Assembly: GCA_001791325.1 (NCBI GenBank)
Contig: MGEK01000039.1
Location: 1,175-65,174, forward strand
DNA: 64,000 nt
Direction: 5' to 3'
From: Candidatus Uhrbacteria bacterium RIFCSPLOWO2_01_FULL_47_25
GTDB taxonomy: Bacteria > Patescibacteriota > Patescibacteriia > GWA2-46-9
Positions 55,295-63,982 of the stretch are shown here, in pieces. The notes below the pieces were generated by a model, which was not told the origin of the DNA, made no database searches, and saw only the letters and a program-made list of their open reading frames with translations. Every line of letters begins with the position of its first letter. Position 1 is the first letter of the stretch. Both the position numbers and the translations under genes were made by a program.

Positions 55295-56132
55295 GGTAAT
55301 TAGTGTGTTTCGTAACCACGAGGTGTTAGAATACCCTTATGGTTACTGGGCAAAAGAATGTTTTCAACTGTGCGGCCAACTTTTTGAGGGGCAGAAAGTG
55401 CATATTCTGCGGTTCTTTTCACGTCTGTAAAACTCAGCGCGGCTATGTGAAGTGCCGGCACGCGGCTTGTGGAAAACAGAAGTCGCTCAAACGCCTGCGC
55501 AAAGAGATTGGCATTATCACCGGCTTCTACCAACAGCAGCCGGCCTATCGCGTGGCGAGCGATCTCGGCCTTGATTATCAGGTGGTGAGCCGCGTCTATC
55601 AACGCTTGCGCGAAGCGATCTATCATGTGGCTGAATTGGAAGCAGGCAAGCTCAAGGGAGAGATTGAGATTGATGAGGCTTACTTCGGCGGCAGAAGGAA
55701 GGGGAAGCGCGGCAGAGGCGCCGTCGGGAAAAGCATTGTTTTCGGCCTTTTGGAGCGCGATGGACGAGTTTATACCAAAGTTGTGGAACGGGTAACGGCC
55801 GATGAATTGATGGCCCATATTAGGAAGCATACGAGAAAGGGGTCGGTCTATTACACGGATACCTTTCGTAGCTACAACTCCTTGAAGCGCTGGGGCAAAC
55901 ACCACCGCTTGAACCACGGCAAGGTCTTTGCCCACAAAGGCCAGAACCACATCAACGGCATTGAGGGATTTTGGAGTTATGCCAAGCATATCCTGTACAA
56001 CTACCGAGGAGTTTCCAAATACCATTTTCCGATGTATCTTAAAGAGGTGGAATATCGTTTTAACCATAGACATGATAATTTATTCAAACTGTTTATGAAC
56101 ATCTATTTTGGTTACGTTTCGCACTAATTACC
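55295..56132 (+). mobile_element. IS1595-family insertion sequence with 24-bp terminal inverted repeats and an 8-bp target-site duplication
   Basis: IRL GGTAATTAGTGTGTTTCGTAACCA (55295-55318) and IRR (reverse complement of 56109-56132) GGTAATTAGTGCGAAACGTAACCA match 20/24. The direct repeat AAGAATAA sits at 55287-55294 and again at 56133-56140. A single transposase ORF lies inside. Confidence 0.8.
55339..56127 (+). CDS. IS1595-family (ISXO2-like) DDE transposase
   Basis: N-terminal Cys-rich zinc-finger region, then EIDEAYFGG...GRG...SVYYTDTFRSYNSL...HHRLNHG...NHINGIEGFWSYAKH, typical of ISXO2-like transposases. Confidence 0.8.
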   Translation: MVTGQKNVFNCAANFLRGRKCIFCGSFHVCKTQRGYVKCRHAACGKQKSLKRLRKEIGIITGFYQQQPAYRVASDLGLDYQVVSRVYQRLREAIYHVAELEAGKLKGEIEIDEAYFGGRRKGKRGRGAVGKSIVFGLLERDGRVYTKVVERVTADELMAHIRKHTRKGSVYYTDTFRSYNSLKRWGKHHRLNHGKVFAHKGQNHINGIEGFWSYAKHILYNYRGVSKYHFPMYLKEVEYRFNHRHDNLFKLFMNIYFGYVSH

Positions 56133-56180
56133 AAGAATAATGAATAGAGAATAATGCATAATTCTTTCTTCCCTCATAAT

Positions 56181-57446
56181 TCATGATTCGTATGGAATTA
56201 GTTTTCTATAAATCTCATCTAGCTTGCGCCCCACCACTTCCCAATCGTATTTTTGCACCATTCGTTCTCGCCCCCTGACTCCCATATCTTCACGTAATTT
56301 AGTGTCTTGGAGCAATGTGGCGAGTTTTTCCGTTAAATCCTTAATATCGCCCGGCCGTACTCTAAAACCAGTAACTCTGTCTTCAATAGTAACTCTGACT
56401 CCAGGAAAATCAGACACAATGGCCGGCAGTCCGCACGCCTGTGCTTCGGCCGCGGCGATGCAAAAAGATTCCACTCTGGCGGTTGAAGGCATAACAAAGA
56501 TATCCGCTGAACAATAATAATCCGGTAATTTTTCGTTCGGCACAAGCCCACCAAAGATTACCGCTCCTTCCAGCAATCCCAGCTTACCTGCTAGTGTCTC
56601 ATAATCTTTTTTCATATCTCCTCCGCCAACAATCAGACAGCGAAATTTCAATCCCTTTTTTCTTAATATTTCTAAGGATCGCAGCAATACTGGAATTCCT
56701 TTAAAATAATGTGCCCGATCAAGCCCGCCGACAAAAATGATGGCTTGCACATCATGATTCTTTTTCTCGGCTGGTTGAAATAAATTCGTGTCAACTCCCA
56801 GAGGCAAAAAATCCATAGGCACTTCAGCCCAAAGTTTTCGTGTTGCCCCAAAATCACTGCCCCGAAAAAAATCTTCTGACATATCCAGCACTAAATCGCT
56901 GTGGCGCAAAATGGTTGGCAGAAGATATCGGCGATGCCATGAAAAAAATTTACCGAGCCAACCTTCGGCCACGGCATCCATAATGTGATGAACAATAATT
57001 TTTGCCTTAGTCGTTCGCCTTATAATTGGTAAAAGCTCTGCCGCGCCAAAAAATGGATAAAACAAATGGATAATATCAAACGAACGCATTCGCCAAATTA
57101 ACTGCGGTAAAATTGCCGAATTGCCATATCTAACTAACGGAACAAGTTCGGTCGTCTTGACCACGCCGCGGAGTTGGGCGTCCGCCGCCATTTTTTCCCC
57201 CGCACCTTTCTCATTGGCATGAACCAATCGGAAATTATTAATTTTTACTCTTTCATTACCGTGATACGGCCGTGGCATATTTGTAACAAGGTGCGGGGCA
57301 AAAACCTCAACCTCATAGCCATGCCTTAGCGCCTCTTCAGCCATTCCTTTAGCGGCCATGCCCATACCGCCCGGATAAGGCGGATAAACGCAAGTTAAAA
57401 AGGCGACACGCGTTACCATACGATAAACAAACGAACTATGCGCCAA
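56181..57446 (-). CDS. glycosyltransferase family 4
   Basis: GT-B fold with GT4 C-terminal motif (FVMPSTARVESFCIAAAEAQACGLPAIVSD). Confidence 0.75.
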   Translation of the reverse strand: MAHSSFVYRMVTRVAFLTCVYPPYPGGMGMAAKGMAEEALRHGYEVEVFAPHLVTNMPRPYHGNERVKINNFRLVHANEKGAGEKMAADAQLRGVVKTTELVPLVRYGNSAILPQLIWRMRSFDIIHLFYPFFGAAELLPIIRRTTKAKIIVHHIMDAVAEGWLGKFFSWHRRYLLPTILRHSDLVLDMSEDFFRGSDFGATRKLWAEVPMDFLPLGVDTNLFQPAEKKNHDVQAIIFVGGLDRAHYFKGIPVLLRSLEILRKKGLKFRCLIVGGGDMKKDYETLAGKLGLLEGAVIFGGLVPNEKLPDYYCSADIFVMPSTARVESFCIAAAEAQACGLPAIVSDFPGVRVTIEDRVTGFRVRPGDIKDLTEKLATLLQDTKLREDMGVRGRERMVQKYDWEVVGRKLDEIYRKLIPYES

Positions 57447-58492
57447 TACAAGTTAAATATAGGATTTACAGCCCGCAGCAATAATGAAGGCTCCTCTTGG
57501 TAAGCGATAACTCCCGAAAAACCAGCCACCACTGCCCGCTCTTTGACAGTACGCATTGCTTGATGAAGTTTTCTGGTTTTCAGTATGGCTGATAAATTTT
57601 TAATAACATATAAATACCCGCTAATCTTTTCTGCCCACCAACCTTTGAGTAAGCTCATTGTAACGACGCCAATTTCCATCAACAACCAAGCTGGCAATAT
57701 CATAAACAAAGTCAAAATATGATAATTTTCTAACAAAACAATTAATCTGTTTCTTTCACCGTATTCATACTTAATTTTACTGGAACGATGAAACTCATAA
57801 CGGTGGTAAACACGGCTCTCCGGCACCAGCACGCTTTTATATCCGGCCAGACGCACTCGCCAGCCAAAATCCAAATCCTCGTGATACATAAAAAAATCAT
57901 CCTGAAATAAGCTCAACTCTTCTATGGCGGCCATTCTTATCATTGCCGCCGCGCCAGAGGCATAAGTAATTTCCACGGGTCCGCGCAAAAATTTTTGTAC
58001 CCGTGAATCGCCAAGCGAGCGACCATCACCTTCAGTGTAACCAAACCCTAAAAAATGAATACGATTGCCCGCGCTGTTAATTTTGCGACCGTCTGCCCTA
58101 AGAAGTAAAGACTGGACAGCCGCAACTTCGGCGTGATTTTCCAGATATTCCACCAGCGGTTCGGCCCAGCGCGGGTGAACAGTAGTATCTTGATTAAGAA
58201 GCATGACATATTTAACCTTCATCTTTCTTAATTCACTGACTCCCCTATTACAGGCGCGCGCAAAACCAGTATTAGTAGACTGTTCAATCAATAATATATT
58301 TGGCCAATGGGAACGCACATAACCGGCCGCACCGTCGCCAGAAGCATTGTCAACCACGATCATGGACAAATTTGAATAGGTGGAAAATTTTAGGCTGCCG
58401 AGACACGATTCAAGATCACTACGACTGTTATATGACGGTATCACCACTCCGACTTTTGGAACATCATTATCTTTGGTCTGGTTCGTGATCAT
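57413..58492 (-). CDS. glycosyltransferase family 2
   Basis: VVIPSYNSRSDLESCL...VVDNASGDG and DxD-type motifs of GT-A GT2 enzymes. Confidence 0.75.
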   Translation of the reverse strand: MITNQTKDNDVPKVGVVIPSYNSRSDLESCLGSLKFSTYSNLSMIVVDNASGDGAAGYVRSHWPNILLIEQSTNTGFARACNRGVSELRKMKVKYVMLLNQDTTVHPRWAEPLVEYLENHAEVAAVQSLLLRADGRKINSAGNRIHFLGFGYTEGDGRSLGDSRVQKFLRGPVEITYASGAAAMIRMAAIEELSLFQDDFFMYHEDLDFGWRVRLAGYKSVLVPESRVYHRYEFHRSSKIKYEYGERNRLIVLLENYHILTLFMILPAWLLMEIGVVTMSLLKGWWAEKISGYLYVIKNLSAILKTRKLHQAMRTVKERAVVAGFSGVIAYQEEPSLLLRAVNPIFNLYWRIVRLFIVW

Positions 58493-58814
58493 GTTTGGCG
58501 TTCTTCAAAGCAATCTCTCTTACTAAATCCGTTAAACTCTTTTCTAGTCTATCCACCTTACGCGACATCGCAAACAAAACGTAAAAAAGGACAACCACTG
58601 AAATATATAAAGCCAAATCAACGCCCCGCCCAACGCCAAGTATATTGGCTAAAAGGGTGGCCGTCTGCGGCAATAAAATAACGACCGCCGCGGCCAGCCA
58701 AAAAACTGTCCACCATAACAGCTTGCGCCTGTCTAATCCACCACCCGCGTAAGCTCGCCAAGCTTTAAAAATGGCGAACAGGATGAAGACGATGATAATC
58801 CATTGGATGGGCAT
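58467..58814 (-). CDS. small membrane protein (DUF2304-like, GT2-associated)
   Basis: 115 aa with two or three TM helices, co-operonic with GT2 genes as such small proteins often are. Confidence 0.4.
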   Translation of the reverse strand: MPIQWIIIVFILFAIFKAWRAYAGGGLDRRKLLWWTVFWLAAAVVILLPQTATLLANILGVGRGVDLALYISVVVLFYVLFAMSRKVDRLEKSLTDLVREIALKNAKHDHEPDQR

Positions 58815-58990
58815 ACCCCGTTAGAAAGCCTCCTCAGCCCCCCGCTTGGCGGGGCGGGGCTGAATAAGATAAGTAGCTAGATAAATAATCATAAAAGCGT
58901 TGGCGATTAAGGAGATGGAATTAACACATTCGGACGGCTTTCTAATGGGGTATAATTCAAAACGCAAAATTTAAAAGTCAATTACCGCTG

Positions 58991-59671
58991 TTAAAAAAAT
59001 TTGTTTATCAAAAGCCGCCACACAATTTGTACAGCATTGCCACTCCCCTGCCCCCGGCCGAGCGAATAAGCAGTGTAATGAATCGTCACTGGTACTTCCA
59101 CGTATCTTAAATTTTTGTCGGCGATAATATCTAAAATCTCTGAAGCGTGAGCCATGCCATCATGAGTCAAACTTATTTGCATAGCGGCCGCTCTGGAAAA
59201 CGCTCGAAAGCCATTATGTACATCAGTAAGTTTGAGTCCGGAGAAAAAGCAAGTAAACAAAATACCTAAGTGCAAAATAAGACGTCGACCAATCGGCAAA
59301 GAAACAGCTTTACCCAAAAAGCGCGATCCTAATACCACATCCATTTGCCTCTCAGTAATCGGCGCTATCATAGCGGCAATATCTTTAGAGTCATGCTGGC
59401 CATCAGCGTCAAAATGTATAATTACATCAGCACCAAAATCAAGAGCAAGACGCGTACCGGTTTCCAAGGCCGCGCCCTGCCCGCGATTTATCAAATGACG
59501 TACAACAAACGCTCCGGCTCGTTTAGCTAAATCGCCCGTACTATCACTTGAGCCGTCGTCAACCACCACCACCCGATCAACAAACGCATTAAGCCGGGCA
59601 ATCACATCGCTGATTACCGCTGCTTCATTGTAGGCCGGCAGAACCGCTATAACTTTCATATTTTTCCACAA
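58991..59671 (-). CDS. glycosyltransferase family 2 (polyprenol-phosphate sugar synthase-like, DPM1-type)
   Basis: MKVIAVLPAYNEAAVISDVI...VVVVDDGSSDST and the DAD motif; 226 aa. Confidence 0.8.
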   Translation of the reverse strand: MWKNMKVIAVLPAYNEAAVISDVIARLNAFVDRVVVVDDGSSDSTGDLAKRAGAFVVRHLINRGQGAALETGTRLALDFGADVIIHFDADGQHDSKDIAAMIAPITERQMDVVLGSRFLGKAVSLPIGRRLILHLGILFTCFFSGLKLTDVHNGFRAFSRAAAMQISLTHDGMAHASEILDIIADKNLRYVEVPVTIHYTAYSLGRGQGSGNAVQIVWRLLINKFF

Positions 59672-59701
59672 TGCCCCAAGTGGCCAGCCGGATATCTGCT
59701 G

Positions 59702-60730
59702 TTATGCTCCTTTTTCTAAATCAATCAAACCTTTACTCGCCTCAAGAAATTCCACCGTATGTCCAAGGCCATCTTTCAAAAGAGTAATGGGGAACCACCC
59801 CAATTTATCTTTAGCCAAACTGATATCCGGCAAATGCTGGCGATAATAATTGACCGGCAATTCTTCTTTAACTTCAACAGTTGAGTGGGAACCAATCAAC
59901 TCCACTATCTGGCGTGCCAAATCCACGATCGGCACTTCTTGTTCTTGCCCCAAATTAACAGGTGAGGCGTCGCCTTGTTCCATCAGCTTGACTAAGCCCT
60001 TTACTATATCATCAACAAAACAGTATGAACCCTTTGATTCAGCCCCGCCATAAACTATAATTGGTTCACTATTTATAGCCCGGCGGGTAAATTCAACAAT
60101 TAATCGCGTATCAGTGAATCTCATCCGCGGCCCAAAGGTATTAAAAACTCTAGCAATACGAACATTAAGATTATGCTTGCGATGATAGGCGGTAACCAAT
60201 GTTTCACCAAACCTTTTACCTTCAATATATTGGCTGCGCGGCCCCAAGGGATCAACGATGCCTAATCGCCCCTCATGCATACGCCAATTGCCATCAGTCG
60301 GTTCGCCATACACTAAATCACTGGAAGCATATAGTAATTTAGCCTGATTATTTTTCGCTAACTCCAAGGCATGATAAAGCCCTACTGAATTGACTAGCAA
60401 AGTTTCAATTGGATATTTTTGAAAATCCCCTTCAGCCGTCGGCGAAGCAAGATAATAAATTTCCTGAATTCCCTGCCACGCTACTTTAAATTTTTCTAGT
60501 CCTGCCTCTTTGTCTGTCAAGGCTAAAGATTCGGTAATATCTTGCCTGACAAATTCAAAATTTGGATTCATCAGTAAATGATCTATATTATGTTCACTGC
60601 CAGTAATAAAATTATCAAGACAGATGACCTTGTGGTCGCGCACCAATTCATCGCAAAGATGCGAGCCAATGAACCCCGCACCACCCACCACTAAAATATT
60701 TTTCTTGTCAAAAATAGGTTTGGCTGACAT
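59702..60730 (-). CDS. UDP-glucuronate decarboxylase / NAD-dependent sugar epimerase-dehydratase (UXS-like SDR)
   Basis: ILVVGGAGFIGSHLCDEL Rossmann motif, the YxxxK motif, 342 aa. Confidence 0.8.
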   Translation of the reverse strand: MSAKPIFDKKNILVVGGAGFIGSHLCDELVRDHKVICLDNFITGSEHNIDHLLMNPNFEFVRQDITESLALTDKEAGLEKFKVAWQGIQEIYYLASPTAEGDFQKYPIETLLVNSVGLYHALELAKNNQAKLLYASSDLVYGEPTDGNWRMHEGRLGIVDPLGPRSQYIEGKRFGETLVTAYHRKHNLNVRIARVFNTFGPRMRFTDTRLIVEFTRRAINSEPIIVYGGAESKGSYCFVDDIVKGLVKLMEQGDASPVNLGQEQEVPIVDLARQIVELIGSHSTVEVKEELPVNYYRQHLPDISLAKDKLGWFPITLLKDGLGHTVEFLEASKGLIDLEKGA

Positions 60731-60742
60731 AAATAGACAATA

Positions 60743-60829
60743 CTAATAAGGTACGATCAGGTAGTACGGGGCAGGCCCCGCAACGCTAACTATTAAAATA
60801 TTTTTCTTGTCAAAAATTGGTTTAGACAT
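60743..60829 (-). pseudogene. decayed duplicate of the 5' end of the adjacent UXS gene
   Basis: ATGTCTAAACCAATTTTTGACAAGAAAAATATTTTA encodes MSKPIFDKKNIL, against MSAKPIFDKKNIL in the real gene. The frame then diverges and stops after 26 codons. Confidence 0.5.
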
Positions 60830-60840
60830 AATAAAAATTA

Positions 60841-60938
60841 CATACGAAAGTACGAAAAATTACGAACGTACGAAATTGCGTTTAGTATGAGAACAATTCA
60901 TTTTTCGTACCTTTCGTATAATTTCGTAATTTCGTAAG
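60841..60938. promoter_or_regulatory. inverted arrays of ~8-bp TACGAAA(N) repeats upstream of the UXS/GT2 operon
   Basis: CATACGAAAGTACGAAAAATTACGAACGTACGAAATT ... spacer ... TTTTCGTACCTTTCGTATAATTTCGTAATTTCGTAAG, i.e. four units and then four reverse-complement units. Confidence 0.4.
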
Positions 60939-60986
60939 AGTATTTGATATTGTCAGCCCACGGCTGATCGGCCTAGGGCCGAGGAT

Positions 60987-61409
60987 TTAGTCATTGGGAT
61001 TTTCAATGACTCTATTATATCCAAAAACCCAAAATTTAGCCAGCATGAAATTCCAGCCATAGCCGACAATTAGCACGGCCAAAACCTTGGCTATTAAGTC
61101 GTGAATATTGGCCGCTTCTACAAAAATAACCAAAAGACTGTTGTGCCAAAGCACGCCGAGGCCGTAAACCGTAAAATATTTACTATATTGGCGGATTGAT
61201 ATACCGCTCTGGTCATTGAAAGTCCAGCGCCTATTAATAAGATAATTTACGGCAATAGCGCCAATTGAGCTCAAAATACTGGCGGCTACATAGTAAGTGC
61301 GAAAAACCGGCACTCCCCGTGTCAGCGTGAAATAAACGCTAAAATCAATAACAGCTGAAATTCCCCCCACAAACGAGAATTTAATAATTTGCTTTAAAAA
61401 ATTTATCAT
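60987..61409 (-). CDS. GtrA-family polysaccharide biosynthesis membrane protein
   Basis: 140 aa with four TM helices; FSFVGGISAVIDFSVYF N-terminus typical of GtrA-like proteins. Confidence 0.7.
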   Translation of the reverse strand: MINFLKQIIKFSFVGGISAVIDFSVYFTLTRGVPVFRTYYVAASILSSIGAIAVNYLINRRWTFNDQSGISIRQYSKYFTVYGLGVLWHNSLLVIFVEAANIHDLIAKVLAVLIVGYGWNFMLAKFWVFGYNRVIENPND

Positions 61410-61410
61410 A

Positions 61411-61543
61411 CCCCGTTAGAAGTCCTGGGAAGATAAAATTCTTAAGAGAATTTTATCTTCTGCGGTAATTATAGTATTCAATTGGTTAATGAATTGTATC
61501 ATGGATAAAAGATTGAACATTGTGCTGAATCAGACTTCTAACG
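61411..61543 (-). promoter_or_regulatory. structured leader of gtrA-like gene: 14-bp long-range inverted repeat that includes the 12 nt preceding the start codon
   Basis: CCCCGTTAGAAGTC (61411-61424, directly upstream of the ATG on the coding strand) is the perfect reverse complement of GACTTCTAACGGGG (61530-61543, directly after the peptidase stop codon). The perfect hairpin GATAAAATTCT-TAAG-AGAATTTTATC lies inside. The same 15-mer CATACCCCGTTAGAA also precedes the start of ORF 58467..58814. Confidence 0.4.
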
Positions 61544-61546
61544 GGG

Positions 61547-63829
61547 TTATCGCATTATCGCCAAACGCACGCCGCCGCGAAATTTTTCGTCATAGACTAA
61601 AAATTGACCAAGCAACTTGCCGCGCGGTGTGAACAGCCGCACCTGCGGTCCGCCCCGCGAAGCGGGGCCAATGGCAATTTCGCCCTTACCATCTCCATCT
61701 GTATCACCAATGGCTAAATTAATACCGCCGCGAAACTTGCTGTCCAAAACCATAAACTGACCGAGCAAATGACCCACGCCGTCAAAAATCATAATCTGCG
61801 GCCCTCCAAAGACGACTGGGGCGGTCACTATATTAGCTATGCCGCTGCCATCAAGATCGCCGGCGGCTACATTGATTCCTCCTTTGAATGTCGGATAAGG
61901 AAACCATTCAGAGACTAATTCTCCGCCATTTTTAAACACACGTACTGGTAAGTACTGGGTCGTACTACTTACGATAATTTCCGATTTTTTGTCCCCATCT
62001 ATGTCAGCCACGGCCACACTAAACCCACCGCGTAATTTTTTATCATAAGCAAAAAACTGCCCGCGCAAGCGTCCCCCTTTTTCAAAAATTCTGATCTGCG
62101 GTCCGCCTTGAGACATTGGCGCGACAACGACACTGCTCTCTCCTGTGCCATAAATATCCCCAGCCGCCACGATTACGCCGCCCTTAAACGGTTCGTCAAA
62201 AGCATACCATTGCGACTGCACGTTCCCAGCCACATCAAAAGTGCGCACTCTCCCCCGCCCGCCAGAACCCTCGCCAACCACAATTGTTTGTTCGCCACGA
62301 ATAATACCGCTTAATTTTACTTTCCGATTATCCTCCGGCTTCAAACGCGCCGCTTCACTGATAGCCACTGATCCACCGACACGACCGCGCTCATCAAATG
62401 ATAACCATTTAGATTTTATTTCTCCACGAAGAGTAAAAATGCGTACCTCCGGCACCATAACGCTGGCGGGCATGGTTATTAAACGGCTACCTTCGGCGAC
62501 GTTTTCTTGTGGCGGTTTTATACCCGGCGTAGACGCTCCCTTAAGGGCGCGAGCAACGTTCAAGCGACCGCGTCCCATTAATTTAGCCGCTGAGCGATTA
62601 ACTCCCACAATGCTGTCAGCGCTATCCATCAGAACCACCGCGACTTCAGCTGGCGATAGCTTGCGATTTTGCGCCCTGACTAAAGCCGCGGTTCCGGCAA
62701 CCATTGGAGCGGCGAGTGATGTGCCGGACCAGCCACCGCCATAAGCCTCACTTAAATTTTTTGCCAAATCGTAAACTTGCGTGCTGAAAATAGAATAGCC
62801 TGGAGCTGAAATATCAACACAATTTTCTCCATAATTAGCAAAGGGCGCTCTCTGATCTAATGTATCGGTTGCCGTCACCCCCAAAATCCAGTTGGAGCGG
62901 CTGTTAACGTCGTAACAAATTGGATAACGCGGCGATGTGTCCAGGTTTAACCCCCCTGATTCATCGGAATTACCAGCCGCCACCACAATCAAAACTCCGG
63001 CGGCATAAGCGCGTGCTAGAGCCGCTTCCAAGCGCTGACTCGCGCCAGTGCCAACAAAACTCAGGTTGATTATACTCGCGCCGTTATTGGTGGCGTATTC
63101 CACGGCTCGCGCAACATCTTCAACGTCTCCCTGTCCTTGCCTGTCTAAAACCCTAAGTGGCATAATACGTGTTCGCCAAGCGACACCGGCCACACCCTCC
63201 ACGTTATTACCCACGGCCGCGATAATGCCTGCTACAACAGTGCCGTGATGCAGGGCTGTGCGACTATAAGGAGGAGCGGCATCCGGACGCGGATCGCTTA
63301 AATTGTCCACAAAATCCCATCCTTGCGTATCGTCAATATAACCATTAGCGTCATTGTCAGCCCCGTCACCGGCGATCTCGCTCGGATTTGTCCAGATATT
63401 TTGTTTCAGATCAGGATGATTAATGTCAACGCCGGAATCCAAAACCGCCACCACCACATCCGGCGAGCCGGTAGTTACTTCCCAAGCTAAAGGCGCGCCA
63501 ATCTGCCGTAAATGCCACTGCTGTGGATAATAGACGTCATTTGGCTCAAAAGCAGAGAGAGAATAAATGTAATTCGGCTCGGCATATTCCACGTCCGGAT
63601 TTTGCGAATAAGCGGCGGCAATATCTGTCACCAACACATCATCGGTAAAATTAAATTTTAAAACATCATTATTGTCCTTAAGCTTAACCAGCACTTCACC
63701 CGGACGATAGTCAACAGCATCTGTGTCCCTTGGCACCATAACTTCGCGAGCCAAAGCCAGAAAGGGCAAAGCCGCAAGTCCGCCCACAACAATCCCCGCA
63801 AAAATACGATGAAATAATAATCGCTTCAT
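61547..63829 (-). CDS. secreted S8 family serine peptidase (subtilase) with C-terminal FG-GAP/beta-propeller repeats
   Basis: Signal/TM N-terminus; Asp (VAVLDSGVDINHPDL), His (HGTVVAGIIAA) and Ser (GTSLAAPMVAG) catalytic boxes. The C-terminal ~300 aa carries repeated DxDGDGxxE-like FG-GAP motifs. Confidence 0.85.
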   Translation of the reverse strand: MKRLLFHRIFAGIVVGGLAALPFLALAREVMVPRDTDAVDYRPGEVLVKLKDNNDVLKFNFTDDVLVTDIAAAYSQNPDVEYAEPNYIYSLSAFEPNDVYYPQQWHLRQIGAPLAWEVTTGSPDVVVAVLDSGVDINHPDLKQNIWTNPSEIAGDGADNDANGYIDDTQGWDFVDNLSDPRPDAAPPYSRTALHHGTVVAGIIAAVGNNVEGVAGVAWRTRIMPLRVLDRQGQGDVEDVARAVEYATNNGASIINLSFVGTGASQRLEAALARAYAAGVLIVVAAGNSDESGGLNLDTSPRYPICYDVNSRSNWILGVTATDTLDQRAPFANYGENCVDISAPGYSIFSTQVYDLAKNLSEAYGGGWSGTSLAAPMVAGTAALVRAQNRKLSPAEVAVVLMDSADSIVGVNRSAAKLMGRGRLNVARALKGASTPGIKPPQENVAEGSRLITMPASVMVPEVRIFTLRGEIKSKWLSFDERGRVGGSVAISEAARLKPEDNRKVKLSGIIRGEQTIVVGEGSGGRGRVRTFDVAGNVQSQWYAFDEPFKGGVIVAAGDIYGTGESSVVVAPMSQGGPQIRIFEKGGRLRGQFFAYDKKLRGGFSVAVADIDGDKKSEIIVSSTTQYLPVRVFKNGGELVSEWFPYPTFKGGINVAAGDLDGSGIANIVTAPVVFGGPQIMIFDGVGHLLGQFMVLDSKFRGGINLAIGDTDGDGKGEIAIGPASRGGPQVRLFTPRGKLLGQFLVYDEKFRGGVRLAIMR

Positions 63830-63954
63830 AGATAGTTACCCTATTATACCATGTCAAAACAATATTCTTGCGATGAAGTAATTATCACGAAATATTACTT
63901 GAAACTACCCATAATAATTCATTATCGCAAAATCACAAACTAATATCAGTCAAT

Positions 63955-63982
63955 AACTATCATACTATATAGTATGATAGTT
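63955..63982. repeat. 28-bp palindrome AACTATCATACTATATAGTATGATAGTT (core shared with 42286-42325)
   Basis: Perfect inverted repeat ~130 bp upstream of the S8 peptidase start; the same TATCATACTATATAGTATGATA core appears as in the rfbB/rfbC intergenic palindrome. Confidence 0.45.

Noticed and set aside
55300-56073. 257-aa minus-strand ORF overlapping the IS element.
   Set aside because: It is the antisense shadow of the IS1595 transposase gene (55339..56127, +), which has clear family motifs; the antisense frame has none.
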